Source: a virus (taxonomy: Duplodnaviria > Heunggongvirae > Uroviricota > Caudoviricetes). From it: DNA of 30,200 nucleotides. The DNA is taken from the IMG/VR virus record IMGVR_UViG_2778261160_000004, one strand, 5' to 3'. This document shows, piece after piece, positions 8,618 through 18,432 of the stretch (position 1 is the first letter of the stretch; every line of letters starts with the position of its first letter). The notes under the pieces are model-generated. The model had not been told where the DNA came from, searched no databases, and saw only the letters and a program-made list of their open reading frames with translations. The translations under genes and the position numbers were made by a program.

Positions 8618-8869
8618 TGAGATTAAAGTTCATTAGTTCAGATATTGATTGGCTCTTTTGTGGAGTAGGGTAGAGTTAGTGTGTTTGTCTGCTTGGTGCC
8701 AGCAGCGGATATGTTTAACAACAGAAAGCATTCAGCATGGTTAGTGGATTTGCAAAGTGGATTAGGATTTGAGAAACTTTGATGAAGTTGTAAAGCTTGT
8801 TTCTATAAAAATAGAAATTTAACTAATAGTTAAACACACCTCCAGCTTCATTGAAAAGGATTATTAGCT

Positions 8870-9769
8870 ATGATTGATCCACTTATTAGAAACTTACAGA
8901 GTGATATTGCACTACTCCAGCTTTATATCGCGCAACGCAAACAGGCAGGCTTTCATGACATGGAAAGAATAATTGAGTCATTGACCATCTTTATGTTTCG
9001 CGCGCTGAAAATGGGTGAACTGGTAAACATGAATCAGATTAAAGTTAATTTTCCCGCCATTGATTTAGCTGATAATAAAAACATGATAGCAGTTCAAGTT
9101 ACTACGAATGCAAGTCCAGCAAAAATTAAAAAAACTATCGAATCTTTTGAGAAAACAAATGAAATAGGAGAGAGTCTGAAAGATAAATACTCTACTTTAT
9201 ATATTTTTGGTTTTTGTAAAGCCTCAAGATATCTAACTCCAAGTTATTGTAAAATAATCGACCCCAGCTATTTCGTGAATGAACTTTGCGATAAAGCAGA
9301 TGAAGATATGGTCCAGGATATGATTGACGCCATTCGACGCCATCATGATTATACATCATTACATCCATGGAGTGATAAAGATTCACTCGAAATTATACTC
9401 AATATTATTAATCGCAATGCAATAAAACATCGGATGAGTTGCGAAGGCAGTCTGTCTGATATGATCGCTGGTTTAAAAGAAATTAATGAAGTAATTACAA
9501 AAGGAACAATTCAACGTAAGCAACGTTCAAAATCGATATCTGACTTCAAAGATCAAAGCATGGTGAAATTTATGAGAGGTGTAATGGATGATTTGTCTGT
9601 TATTCAAGCCATAGTGAACAAATCTAAAGTTAACCAAGGTGATATGGTTTATATAAGCCATGAAGATATGATTAATATTGATAAATTAAAAGCTAAAATA
9701 GCAAGTGATTCATCAGAGATTGCAAGGCTAAATAATATTGATATAACACTAAATGTTGTTGATTTATAA
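8870..9769 (+). CDS. Orphan cargo protein, possible N-terminal SMEK-like sensor domain; candidate defence/abortive-infection protein
   Basis: 299-aa ORF in visibly AT-rich DNA. N-terminus has the pattern …NFPAIDLADNKNMIAVQVTTNASPAKIKKTIESF… that I associate with SMEK-type domains (recollection, not a search). No catalytic motif recognised in the C-terminal half. Confidence 0.65.
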   Translation: MIDPLIRNLQSDIALLQLYIAQRKQAGFHDMERIIESLTIFMFRALKMGELVNMNQIKVNFPAIDLADNKNMIAVQVTTNASPAKIKKTIESFEKTNEIGESLKDKYSTLYIFGFCKASRYLTPSYCKIIDPSYFVNELCDKADEDMVQDMIDAIRRHHDYTSLHPWSDKDSLEIILNIINRNAIKHRMSCEGSLSDMIAGLKEINEVITKGTIQRKQRSKSISDFKDQSMVKFMRGVMDDLSVIQAIVNKSKVNQGDMVYISHEDMINIDKLKAKIASDSSEIARLNNIDITLNVVDL

Positions 9770-10083
9770 TTGTCGATTTAGCAAAACAGAGAATGCTTTG
9801 AAAATTTCACCGAGAAATATTTATTGTGAACCTCCTTATTGTTTATCGACTTTCACTCTCCGCTCATTGCAGTACTGTCGGAGAAGGCTACTATGTACAA
9901 GAAGCAGCTAACATAAGCGAGCATCACTATTGATATTAGGAAGAGTATATAAAAACTTCATGCTGAACCTTACAAAAGTAGGTAAACCGGCAATGGCCTA
10001 AGTGGCAGGGTCATGTTGATCCGGCACTGCCGAGCTAATAATTAACAAGCAAATCACTCTTTCTAATAATTTGTTGAAATAAA

Positions 10084-10743
10084 CTAAATATGTATATGTT
10101 TACCAACAACCACATATGAACTACCTGCTTTGCTCCATGATTTTATTATTTCTAAATTATTATCTGAGCATATTTTACTTACAGTATCCACATCTAATAA
10201 ACCATAATAGAAAGCATTACGAGAGTTTTGGTATATATACCCATGCAAATGTTTAATACCTCTCTCGTACCTCTTGAAATAAGAACTTTTGTATTGATTG
10301 ACAATCAGTGCTTCACCATCACTCTTTAATAATTCTCTAATCGCACTGAGGACTTTGTGAATTGTGGATTCACATGGAATTGCGGAAAGCACGTTTGCGC
10401 AAAGTATGAAATCATAATGATTTGTTATTTTATCTATATTTTCATAAGAAACGATCTTAGCATTCTTATAGTTATTTATCACGTAATCTGGAATCGTGGT
10501 TTGTACACCTCTGATAATTTGCACTCTTTCTAGTTGTCTTCTCGAATCTAAAAATGTCACAGTTTCAAATTTATTTACTAATTGTTCTGAATATCTAAGT
10601 TTTCCACATCCAAAATCAAGGGCATTGCCATTTTTATTAGTGCTTTCAATCTGTTTACAGAGATAGTTAGATGGCATAGTGTGCGGTTTCGCTGCATTTT
10701 CTGAACGTATGTTTATTCCATTTATTTTGTAATTCAAAATCAA
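10084..10743 (-). CDS. Class-I SAM-dependent methyltransferase-fold protein (not a typical DNA methyltransferase)
   Basis: 219 aa. Motif I ALDFGCGKL, acidic end of beta-2 (TVTFLDS), motif DFILCANVL. No DPPY/NPPY or PC-ENV motifs. Six nt downstream of the membrane-protein gene (operon). Confidence 0.7.
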   Translation of the reverse strand: MILNYKINGINIRSENAAKPHTMPSNYLCKQIESTNKNGNALDFGCGKLRYSEQLVNKFETVTFLDSRRQLERVQIIRGVQTTIPDYVINNYKNAKIVSYENIDKITNHYDFILCANVLSAIPCESTIHKVLSAIRELLKSDGEALIVNQYKSSYFKRYERGIKHLHGYIYQNSRNAFYYGLLDVDTVSKICSDNNLEIIKSWSKAGSSYVVVGKHIHI

Positions 10744-10749
10744 CCTCGT

Positions 10750-11457
10750 TTAAAAAATATTGTTATTGTTAAAGAATTCTTTTATTTTGCTATCAGGTAT
10801 TTGTCTTACTTGGCTTTCTGTTCTTGGTTTAACTGATGCTATGAAAATAAGGAAGTCAAATGCGACAAGAGAAATAATCCACAACCAAAGATTAATTAAA
10901 GAGCCAGTAACAGAGAATATATTTGTTAATTTGGCGATACTTATTATTAAAATAGTAACAAATGCGATTACTGTATGTTCAAAGAAAACCCAAAAGTAAT
11001 AAACTTTGTTCCAGAAAAGTTCAACGTAATGTTTGTCTTTTAACTCTTTAACTTCTGGGTAATACAGTTTACTCATTACCTTGTGAGATTCATCAGTAGT
11101 TAATTTTCTCGTAATGCCTGCAATTTTTGCTAATGGTTTAATAATTAAATGACTATCCCACATCTTCCTTATTCCAATAATTTTTGCTACATTATTATGT
11201 AGATCTAAAGCTCCACTAATTACTGACCAAAAAACTGAAGATGCAATTGGTAATATGCCAAAGGTTAATATCCATTTAATAAATTCCTCGTAGTCTTTAA
11301 CGGGGGGGATATACTTGGCATTAATGCCAACCAATGGCATGTAGCCATAAATGACTAATGATAGGTAAAATATAAATGTAGTAATAAAAGTCGCCTTATG
11401 GAGCATAGGCAACATTTCATTATAACTCTTTGGTGGTTCTAACATTTTACTCTCCAA
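10750..11457 (-). CDS. Integral membrane protein, four predicted transmembrane helices with a roughly 65-aa charged loop
   Basis: 235 aa. Hydrophobic segments at about residues 22-45, 59-84, 151-175 and 180-210. Very AT-rich. First gene of a two-gene operon with the methyltransferase-fold gene. Confidence 0.7.
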   Translation of the reverse strand: MESKMLEPPKSYNEMLPMLHKATFITTFIFYLSLVIYGYMPLVGINAKYIPPVKDYEEFIKWILTFGILPIASSVFWSVISGALDLHNNVAKIIGIRKMWDSHLIIKPLAKIAGITRKLTTDESHKVMSKLYYPEVKELKDKHYVELFWNKVYYFWVFFEHTVIAFVTILIISIAKLTNIFSVTGSLINLWLWIISLVAFDFLIFIASVKPRTESQVRQIPDSKIKEFFNNNNIF

Positions 11458-11886
11458 ACATTCAAAAAAAAGCTAATCTTCTATAATAACGAAATTCAGC
11501 TAGCACAATTAAAGATTAATTGCCACCAATTTCTTGATTTTATAATTTTATCTAAATGTTTTTGATTAATCTAGTCCTAAAAGAAACCTACTGCATAAAT
11601 ATTTATGCTGATGACCCACTCCCTGTTCGTTAACACATAGCAACGTTAGTAATGCATCCTAAGTGATCAATATTTTTGCTAGCTTCATCTGCTCGCTCAA
11701 AGGGAACTAAAATGTTGGCTTGCGTGTGACTTGGCATGTTTAAAGAAGTGCTGGTGGTGACTGGTTGCTGTTTTCCATTTCCACAGAACAAAATCATAGA
11801 AACTATACCCAATAGTTGTATTGAATCACTGACGAGACAGCCTCATATTTATCAGGACTGGTGTACGTCCAATACAGGAGGTTGTG

Positions 11887-11976
11887 GTGCTGGTTCTCAA
11901 ATGTGCGCTGGCTATTGCTGCTGTAATGGCAATTTATTGTCTTGCTGTTGTTCTTATGGATCGCCTTTCTGATTGA
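11887..11976 (+). CDS. Candidate 29-aa hydrophobic peptide (type-I-toxin-like small membrane peptide)
   Basis: Consensus AGGAGG at 11876-11881, GTG start 5 nt downstream, product (M)LVLKCALAIAAVMAIYCLAVVLMDRLSD: one hydrophobic helix and a charged tail. Below the ORF-track length cut-off. Unverified. Confidence 0.25.
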   Translation: MLVLKCALAIAAVMAIYCLAVVLMDRLSD

Positions 11977-12187
11977 TTTCATATTGGCGAGGTAACGGTA
12001 GTTAAGTAGAATGCCTGCGGGTGCTTGAGGCTATCTGCCTCGGGCATGAACACCAAAGGCAGATAGAGAAAAGCCCCAGTTAACATTACGCGTCCTGCAA
12101 GACGCTTAACATTAATCTGAGGCCAATTTCATGCTAGACACATGTAGGTTAGCCTCTTACGTGCCGAAAGGCAAGGAGAAGCAGGCT

Positions 12188-12343
12188 ATGAAGCAGCAAA
12201 AGGCGATGTTAATCGCCCTGATCGTCATCTGTTTAACCGTCATAGTGACGGCACTGGTAACGAGGAAAGACCTCTGCGAGGTACGAATCCGAACCGGCCA
12301 GACGGAGGTCGCTGTCTTCACAGCTTACGAACCTGAGGAGTAA
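12188..12343 (+). CDS. hokD: Hok-family membrane toxin HokD
   Basis: 51 aa: MKQQKAMLIALIVICLTVIVTALVTRKDLCEVRIRTGQTEVAVFTAYEPEE, matching HokD (RelF) as recalled. AAGGAG 8 nt upstream. The ORF-track 70-aa call is an in-frame upstream extension. Confidence 0.85.
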   Translation: MKQQKAMLIALIVICLTVIVTALVTRKDLCEVRIRTGQTEVAVFTAYEPEE

Positions 12344-12350
12344 GAGACCC

Positions 12351-12440
12351 GGCGAGGGAGAAATCCCTCGCCACCTCTGATGTGGCAGGCATCCTCAACG
12401 CACCCGCACTTAACCCGCTTCGGCGGGTTTTTGTTTTTAT
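12351..12440 (+). terminator. hokD 3' stem-loop (GGCGAGGGA-GAAA-TCCCTCGCC, 12351-12372) plus rho-independent terminator (ACCCGC-TTCG-GCGGGT and T-run, 12411-12440)
   Basis: Perfect 9-bp stem with GAAA loop directly after the hokD stop; second hairpin followed by TTTTTGTTTTT. Confidence 0.6.
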
Positions 12441-12559
12441 TTTCAACGCGTTTGAAGTTCTGGACGGTGCCGGAATAGAATCAAAAATACTTAAGTAGCG
12501 CGCAGGGATAAGAGGGATGGTCCCTTAAAGGGGAGAGCTAATTATCCGGAAGGATTCTG

Positions 12560-12811
12560 ATGATGAACATCGAAGAACTGCGTAAAGTTTTTTGTGAAGA
12601 TGGCCTCTATGCTGTGTGCGTTGAAAATGGAAATCTTGTTAGTCATTACCGCATTATGTGTTTGCGAAAGAATGGGGCTGCGTTAATTAATTTTGTGGAT
12701 GCTCGGGTCACGGACGGATTTATCTTGCGCGAAGGTGAGTTTGTCACTTCATTACAGGCATTGAAAGAGATCGGAATAAAAGCTGGCTTTTCTGCTTTTT
12801 CAGGAGAATAA
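12560..12811 (+). CDS. rem: Rem-like small protein
   Basis: 83-aa ORF between hokD and ydfU; position and length match rem of K-12 Qin. Assignment by synteny and size, not sequence recall. Confidence 0.55.
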   Translation: MMNIEELRKVFCEDGLYAVCVENGNLVSHYRIMCLRKNGAALINFVDARVTDGFILREGEFVTSLQALKEIGIKAGFSAFSGE

Positions 12812-12877
12812 ACTCATCTACAATCTTGCGCGGGGCTGAACTCCCGCTGAGTAACACCGTGCCACCGGAGAAAACCG

Positions 12878-13156
12878 ATGGCACGCAACGCAAAATATTA
12901 CAATTCTGATAATTCGCCCGTTCTTGCCTGCACGCACGGGCGGTATTCTCACGCATTCAAGTCTGAATGGTTCCAGCACCCTCCATGCACTGCAGAACAG
13001 GCCGAATGGCTGATTCATTCTTACCGCAGGCGCGGGTTCGAGGTTAAGAAAGCTCTCAGTCTCGACTATCGGCACTGGATAATCTCTGTCAGGCTGCCTT
13101 ATTCCGAACGCCCACCACGTGCGTCCCGCACTTTCCAGCAACGGATCTGGAGGTAA
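12878..13156 (+). CDS. Hypothetical 92-aa protein, translationally coupled to ydfU
   Basis: GGAGAAAACCG then ATG. Its stop lies inside the GGAGG ribosome-binding site of the following gene, whose GTG start is at 13158. Confidence 0.45.
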   Translation: MARNAKYYNSDNSPVLACTHGRYSHAFKSEWFQHPPCTAEQAEWLIHSYRRRGFEVKKALSLDYRHWIISVRLPYSERPPRASRTFQQRIWR

Positions 13157-13157
13157 C

Positions 13158-14207
13158 GTGCGGGTATTACTTAGACCTGTTCTGGTGCCTGAGCTTGGGC
13201 TGGTGGTCCTTAAGCCGGGCCGTGAATCCATACAGATATTTCATAATCCTCGAGTGCTGGTGGAACCGGAACCAAAAAGCATGCGTAATCTGCCATCCGG
13301 AGTCGTTCCTGCCGTTCGCCAGCCGCTGGCGGAAGACAAAACATTGCTGCCGTTTTTTAGTAACGAACGGGTGATTCGTGCTGCTGGCGGCGTTGGCGCA
13401 TTGTCCGACTGGCTATTACGTCATGTTACATCCTGCCAGTGGCCTAATGGCGATTACCATCACACTGAAACAGTCATTCACCGTTATGGTACCGGCGCAA
13501 TGGTGTTGTGCTGGCACTGCGACAACCAACTGCGTGACCAGACATCGGAATCACTGGAGCTGCTTGCTCAACAAAATCTGACAGCATGGGTGATTGACGT
13601 CATCCGTCACGCAATAAGCGGTACGCAGGAGCGGGAATTATCTTTGGCTGAATTATCCTGGTGGGCGGTCTGCAATCAGGTGGTGGATGCACTACCTGAG
13701 GCTGTATCGCGTCGTTCGCTGGGATTACCAGCGGAAAAAATCTGCTCGGTGTACCGCGAAAGCGACATCGTACCGGGAGAGCAGACCGCCACCAGCATAT
13801 TGAAACAACGCACAAAAAATCTTGCACCGTTGCCTTACGCCCACCAGCAACAAAAATCACCACAGGAAAAGACGGTGGTAAGCATCACCGTTGATCCAGA
13901 GTCTCCGGAATCTTTCATGAAGCTGCCTAAACGTCGCCGCTGGGTTAAGGAGAAATACACACGTTGGGTTAAGACACAGCCGTGTGCTTGCTGCGGTATG
14001 CCAGCCGACGATCCGCATCATCTGATTGGTCACGGGCAGGGCGGAATGGGAACAAAAGCACATGATCTCTTTGTGTTGCCTTTGTGCAGAAAGCATCACA
14101 ACGAGCTGCATACGGATACAGTGGCATTTGAAGATAAGTATGGCTCCCAACTGGAGCTGATATTTCGTTTTATCGATCGCGCGCTGGCAATTGGCGTACT
14201 GGCGTAA
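13158..14207 (+). CDS. ydfU: YdfU-like protein (DUF968; NinG/Rap-like C-terminal Cys/His cluster)
   Basis: 349 aa from GTG 13158 (GGAGG upstream). C-terminus …QPCACCGMPADDPHHLIGHGQGGMGTKAHDLFVLPLCRKHHNELH…. Length equals K-12 YdfU as recalled. Confidence 0.75.
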   Translation: MRVLLRPVLVPELGLVVLKPGRESIQIFHNPRVLVEPEPKSMRNLPSGVVPAVRQPLAEDKTLLPFFSNERVIRAAGGVGALSDWLLRHVTSCQWPNGDYHHTETVIHRYGTGAMVLCWHCDNQLRDQTSESLELLAQQNLTAWVIDVIRHAISGTQERELSLAELSWWAVCNQVVDALPEAVSRRSLGLPAEKICSVYRESDIVPGEQTATSILKQRTKNLAPLPYAHQQQKSPQEKTVVSITVDPESPESFMKLPKRRRWVKEKYTRWVKTQPCACCGMPADDPHHLIGHGQGGMGTKAHDLFVLPLCRKHHNELHTDTVAFEDKYGSQLELIFRFIDRALAIGVLA

Positions 14208-14220
14208 GTGGAGAACGAGC

Positions 14221-14973
14221 ATGAACCTTGAAGCCTTACCAAAATATTACTCCCCAAAATCTCCAAAATTGAGCGATGACGCTCCAGCGACAGGCACCGG
14301 TTGTTTAACAATTACGGATGTAATGGCAGCGCAGGGGATGGTGCAGTCGAAAGCACCACTTGGGTTGGCCTTATTTCTGGCAAAAGTTGGTGTTCAGGAC
14401 CCTCAGTTTGCGATTGAAGGCCTGCTAAATTACGCGATGGCACTGGATAACCCGACATTGAACAAATTGAGTGAAGAAATCCGGTTACAGATTATTCCTT
14501 ACCTCGTGAGTTTTGCCTTTGCTGATTACTCCAGGTCTGCGGCAAGTAAGGCTCGCTGTGAGCATTGTTCAGGTACGGGATTTTATAATGTATTGCGCGA
14601 AGTGGTGAAACACTACAGACGCGGGGAATCTGTAATCAAGGAAGAATGGGTGAAGGAACTATGTCAGCATTGCCATGGTAAGGGCGAAGCCAGCACAGCG
14701 TGCAGAGGGTGTAAGGGTAAAGGGATTGTTCTGGATGAAAAAAGAACCCGGTTTCATGGCTTACCGGTATATAAGATTTGTGGGCGTTGTAATGGAAACC
14801 GGTTTAGTCGTTTACCGACCACGCTGGCACGACGTCATGTCCAGAAGCTGGTACCAGACCTGACCGATTATCAGTGGTATAAGGGGTATGCGGACGTCAT
14901 TGGTAAACTGGTAACAAAGTGCTGGCAGGAAGAAGCATACGCGGAAGCGCAATTGAGGAAGGTGACGAGATAA
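14221..14973 (+). CDS. quuQ: Late-gene antiterminator Q homologue
   Basis: 250 aa from ATG 14221 (GTGGAG upstream). Cys-rich zinc-binding region (…CEHCSGTGFY…CQHCHGKGEASTACRGCKGKG…CGRCNG…). Sits directly upstream of the lysis region. Confidence 0.75.
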   Translation: MNLEALPKYYSPKSPKLSDDAPATGTGCLTITDVMAAQGMVQSKAPLGLALFLAKVGVQDPQFAIEGLLNYAMALDNPTLNKLSEEIRLQIIPYLVSFAFADYSRSAASKARCEHCSGTGFYNVLREVVKHYRRGESVIKEEWVKELCQHCHGKGEASTACRGCKGKGIVLDEKRTRFHGLPVYKICGRCNGNRFSRLPTTLARRHVQKLVPDLTDYQWYKGYADVIGKLVTKCWQEEAYAEAQLRKVTR

Positions 14974-15077
14974 ATGATTTTTGCTGAAGATGGCGACATG
15001 ATGTTTGCATTTTTCAAAAAATATGGATAAAATTTTTTCAACGATGGGCTTTGTATACCCGACGTTAAGAAAAAGTA

Positions 15078-15110
15078 GAAAACCCGCTGATGAGCGGGTT
15101 TTGTGCTTTA
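15078..15110 (+). terminator. Rho-independent terminator (CCCGCT-GATG-AGCGGG plus T-run), candidate tR'-like terminator downstream of Q
   Basis: Hairpin and TTTTGTGCTTT read directly; preceded by an A-run, so may act bidirectionally. Confidence 0.5.
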
Positions 15111-15394
15111 AATGGGGCAATGGTAATGTTGAATCTCATCCCGGGACTCATGTCTGTTAACTTATTATTTAGCTGGTGACTTGGTTATTTGCCTGATGTT
15201 TAAAATGTTTTCTTCCAGTACAATGTCCCTAAACACAATGAGTCTGCTTATTATATTATTAGCAGAGCTATTACGGCCAAAGTACAGCATAAGCTTTTAA
15301 AGCCAATCAACCAGTCATCAAGACAGACGGGGTTATTCATAAAAACTCTCCATGTGTGATCCGATGGGGCCTGAAATTAAAGCTTTAATATAGC

Positions 15395-15607
15395 TCATGA
15401 AAGGTAAACATTGGCAGCTGAAGGGCCACGCAGACCATTTATCCGGCAAAATTCCACGCGTAATCCGGTGGTAATTTCTTCTGCATCGCGGAGATTGAGC
15501 GCTGAAACATGAAGCTGGACATCGATACGACCATCGGATGGGGTGATAAGACCCTTGCCGCTTTTGCCGTCAAAGGTTTTGACAATTCCTGTCATTTTAC
15601 GGGACAA
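15395..15607 (-). CDS. cspF: Cold-shock-domain protein, CspF/CspH-type
   Basis: 70 aa: [70 protein letters not shown]. Divergent from cspB as cspF is in K-12 Qin. Symbol by synteny; cspH-like is equally possible. Confidence 0.8.
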
Positions 15608-15907
15608 AAAAATTCCTTAATACTGATAACTTGGCGCACTATACACACGTTCCTGAAGAAAGCTATAGTTTTTTGATGGGGTTGAAGATGGCTGGATGTC
15701 TAAAATAAACATTGCTTCATATGTTCAACTATGCGTTAATGATTGCGTCGGTTTGAAGAACAGACGATATACGAAGTAGTTTACTAAAGCAGTTCTCATT
15801 TCAGGTGTTATTCACTTATTCCTTCTTTGAGTCTCTCCAATTAAGTACGAAGTCGTTTCTGTTATGCAAACCATTTATGCCGAAAGGCTCAAGTTAAGGA
15901 ATGTAGA

Positions 15908-16123
15908 ATGTCAAATAAAATGACTGGTTTAGTAAAATGGTTTAACGCTGATAAAGGTTTCGGCTTTATTTCTCCTGTTGATGGTAGTAAAGATGTGTTT
16001 GTGCATTTTTCTGCGATTCAGAATGATAATTATCGAACCTTATTTGAAGGTCAAAAGGTTACCTTCTCTATAGAGAGTGGTGCTAAAGGTCCTGCAGCAG
16101 CAAATGTCATCATTACTGATTAA
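15908..16123 (+). CDS. cspB: Cold-shock protein CspB
   Basis: 71 aa: [71 protein letters not shown], with RNP1-like KGFGFI and RNP2-like VFVHF motifs. Long upstream leader (about 15740-15907). Confidence 0.9.
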   Translation: MSNKMTGLVKWFNADKGFGFISPVDGSKDVFVHFSAIQNDNYRTLFEGQKVTFSIESGAKGPAAANVIITD

Positions 16124-16404
16124 AATTCATCGCTCGTCTGTATACGATAACGAAGAAGGCTGATGCCTGAGTAGAGATACGGACAGAGTAGTGAATATTG
16201 GATCTCTTTAATAAAAAGTAAGGAGGTCCAATACATGAAACAATGGCTAGCATATTTGGCAAAATCTTAATCAGGAAAAGTATGCTAACCATTGTGGTGA
16301 AGTGCAGGTTTGCTGCATGAATAGTTTTACAGCAGAAGCTAACTGCTGGCATGGCAAAACAAAGTGCGTAAGTGGATGACTCCCACAAAAAGCACCACAA
16401 TCTC

Positions 16405-16428
16405 AAACCCGCTCAGGCGGGTTTTTTA
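16405..16428 (+). terminator. Rho-independent terminator (AAACCCGC-TCAG-GCGGGTTT plus T-run)
   Basis: Read directly; downstream of cspB. Confidence 0.6.
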
Positions 16429-16486
16429 TTATCTGCTTTAAATATATTATTAAAATATAAAAAATACTTGTTACTAATAAAATCAA

Positions 16487-16657
16487 TCAGGCTACAGCTT
16501 TAAGATTTGTCTGGAATACTTTGTTGCAATGAGGGCAGATCAAAAGGGCACCTTTTTGTACTCTTGAAAAACTGTGTTCTGACTCTTGGGTGCAGTTTGG
16601 GCAGGAACATTTAACGAGATAATTACGGCGTGATTTTGAGTTTTTACGTTCTGACAT
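16487..16657 (-). CDS. Small zinc-ribbon protein (C-x-C-x2-C … C-x2-C)
   Basis: 56 aa from internal ATG (AGGA 9 nt upstream): MSERKNSKSRRNYLVKCSCPNCTQESEHSFSRVQKGALLICPHCNKVFQTNLKAVA. Confidence 0.45.
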   Translation of the reverse strand: MSERKNSKSRRNYLVKCSCPNCTQESEHSFSRVQKGALLICPHCNKVFQTNLKAVA

Positions 16658-16876
16658 AGGCTTTTCCTGTATAAATGGCCGTATACAGTACACTAAATAT
16701 GAAAACATTTCTCGTATTATTATTTTATATATGACTTTCTTTCAAAATAATTACCCACATTTTTAATGTGTATGTTTTTTTAGCGCCGTTGAGAACAACG
16801 TGTGCTGTCAAAACTACCCCGTAGACTCCGATCTTTTCAAACATATTGCACCATCCGTGTACATCGGGGTGAGGAT

Positions 16877-17092
16877 ATGAAATCAATGGATAAGTTAACA
16901 ACAGGTGTTGCCTATGGCACATCGGCGGGTAATGCTGGTTTCTGGGCATTGCAGTTACTCGATAAAGTAACTCCGTCACAGTGGGCTGCAATCGGTGTGC
17001 TGGGTAGCCTGGTTTTTGGCCTGCTGACGTATCTGACAAATCTTTATTTCAAGATTAAAGAAGACAGGCGTAAGGCTGCGAGAGGAGAGTAA
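16877..17092 (+). CDS. essQ: Class II (phage-21 S-type) pinholin with dual-start motif
   Basis: 71 aa: [71 protein letters not shown]. The M-K-S-M dual start is typical of holin/antiholin pairs. Confidence 0.8.
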   Translation: MKSMDKLTTGVAYGTSAGNAGFWALQLLDKVTPSQWAAIGVLGSLVFGLLTYLTNLYFKIKEDRRKAARGE

Positions 17093-17096
17093 TCCA

Positions 17097-17404
17097 ATGA
17101 CTCAAGACTATGAACTGGTTGTGAAAGGAGTCCGTAATTTTGAGAATAAAGTTACGGTAACTGTAGCCTTACAGGACAAAGAACGCTTTGACGGTGAAAT
17201 TTTTGACCTGGATGTCGCCATGGACCGTGTTGAAGGAGCTGCGCTGGAGTTTTATGAGGCAGCAGCCAGAAGGAGCGTCCGGCAAGTCTTCCTGGAAGTA
17301 GCAGAAAAATTGTCAGAAAAAGTTGAGTCTTATCTGCAGCATCAGTACTCCTTTAAGATTGAAAATCCTGCCAATAAGCACGAGCGTCCTCATCATAAAT
17401 ATCT

Positions 17405-17408
<4 letters not shown>
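17097..17408 (+). CDS. ydfR: YdfR-like protein (DUF1327)
   Basis: 103-aa ORF between holin and endolysin, as in K-12 Qin. Confidence 0.7.

Positions 17409-18432
<1,024 letters not shown>

Noticed and set aside
11736-11972. 78-aa Cys/Gly-rich ORF (…GGCGAGSQMCAGYCCCNGNLLSCCC…) that could be mistaken for a bacteriocin or microcin precursor
   Set aside because: No ribosome-binding site at its start. The Cys-rich tail is the alternative frame of a GCT/GTT-rich stretch that reads more naturally as the short hydrophobic peptide with a consensus Shine-Dalgarno. Treated as a frame artefact, though not excluded.
13600-14311. Minus-strand ORFs of 71-121 aa overlapping ydfU and the Q gene
   Set aside because: Antisense to well-supported plus-strand genes with coupled starts; no independent support.
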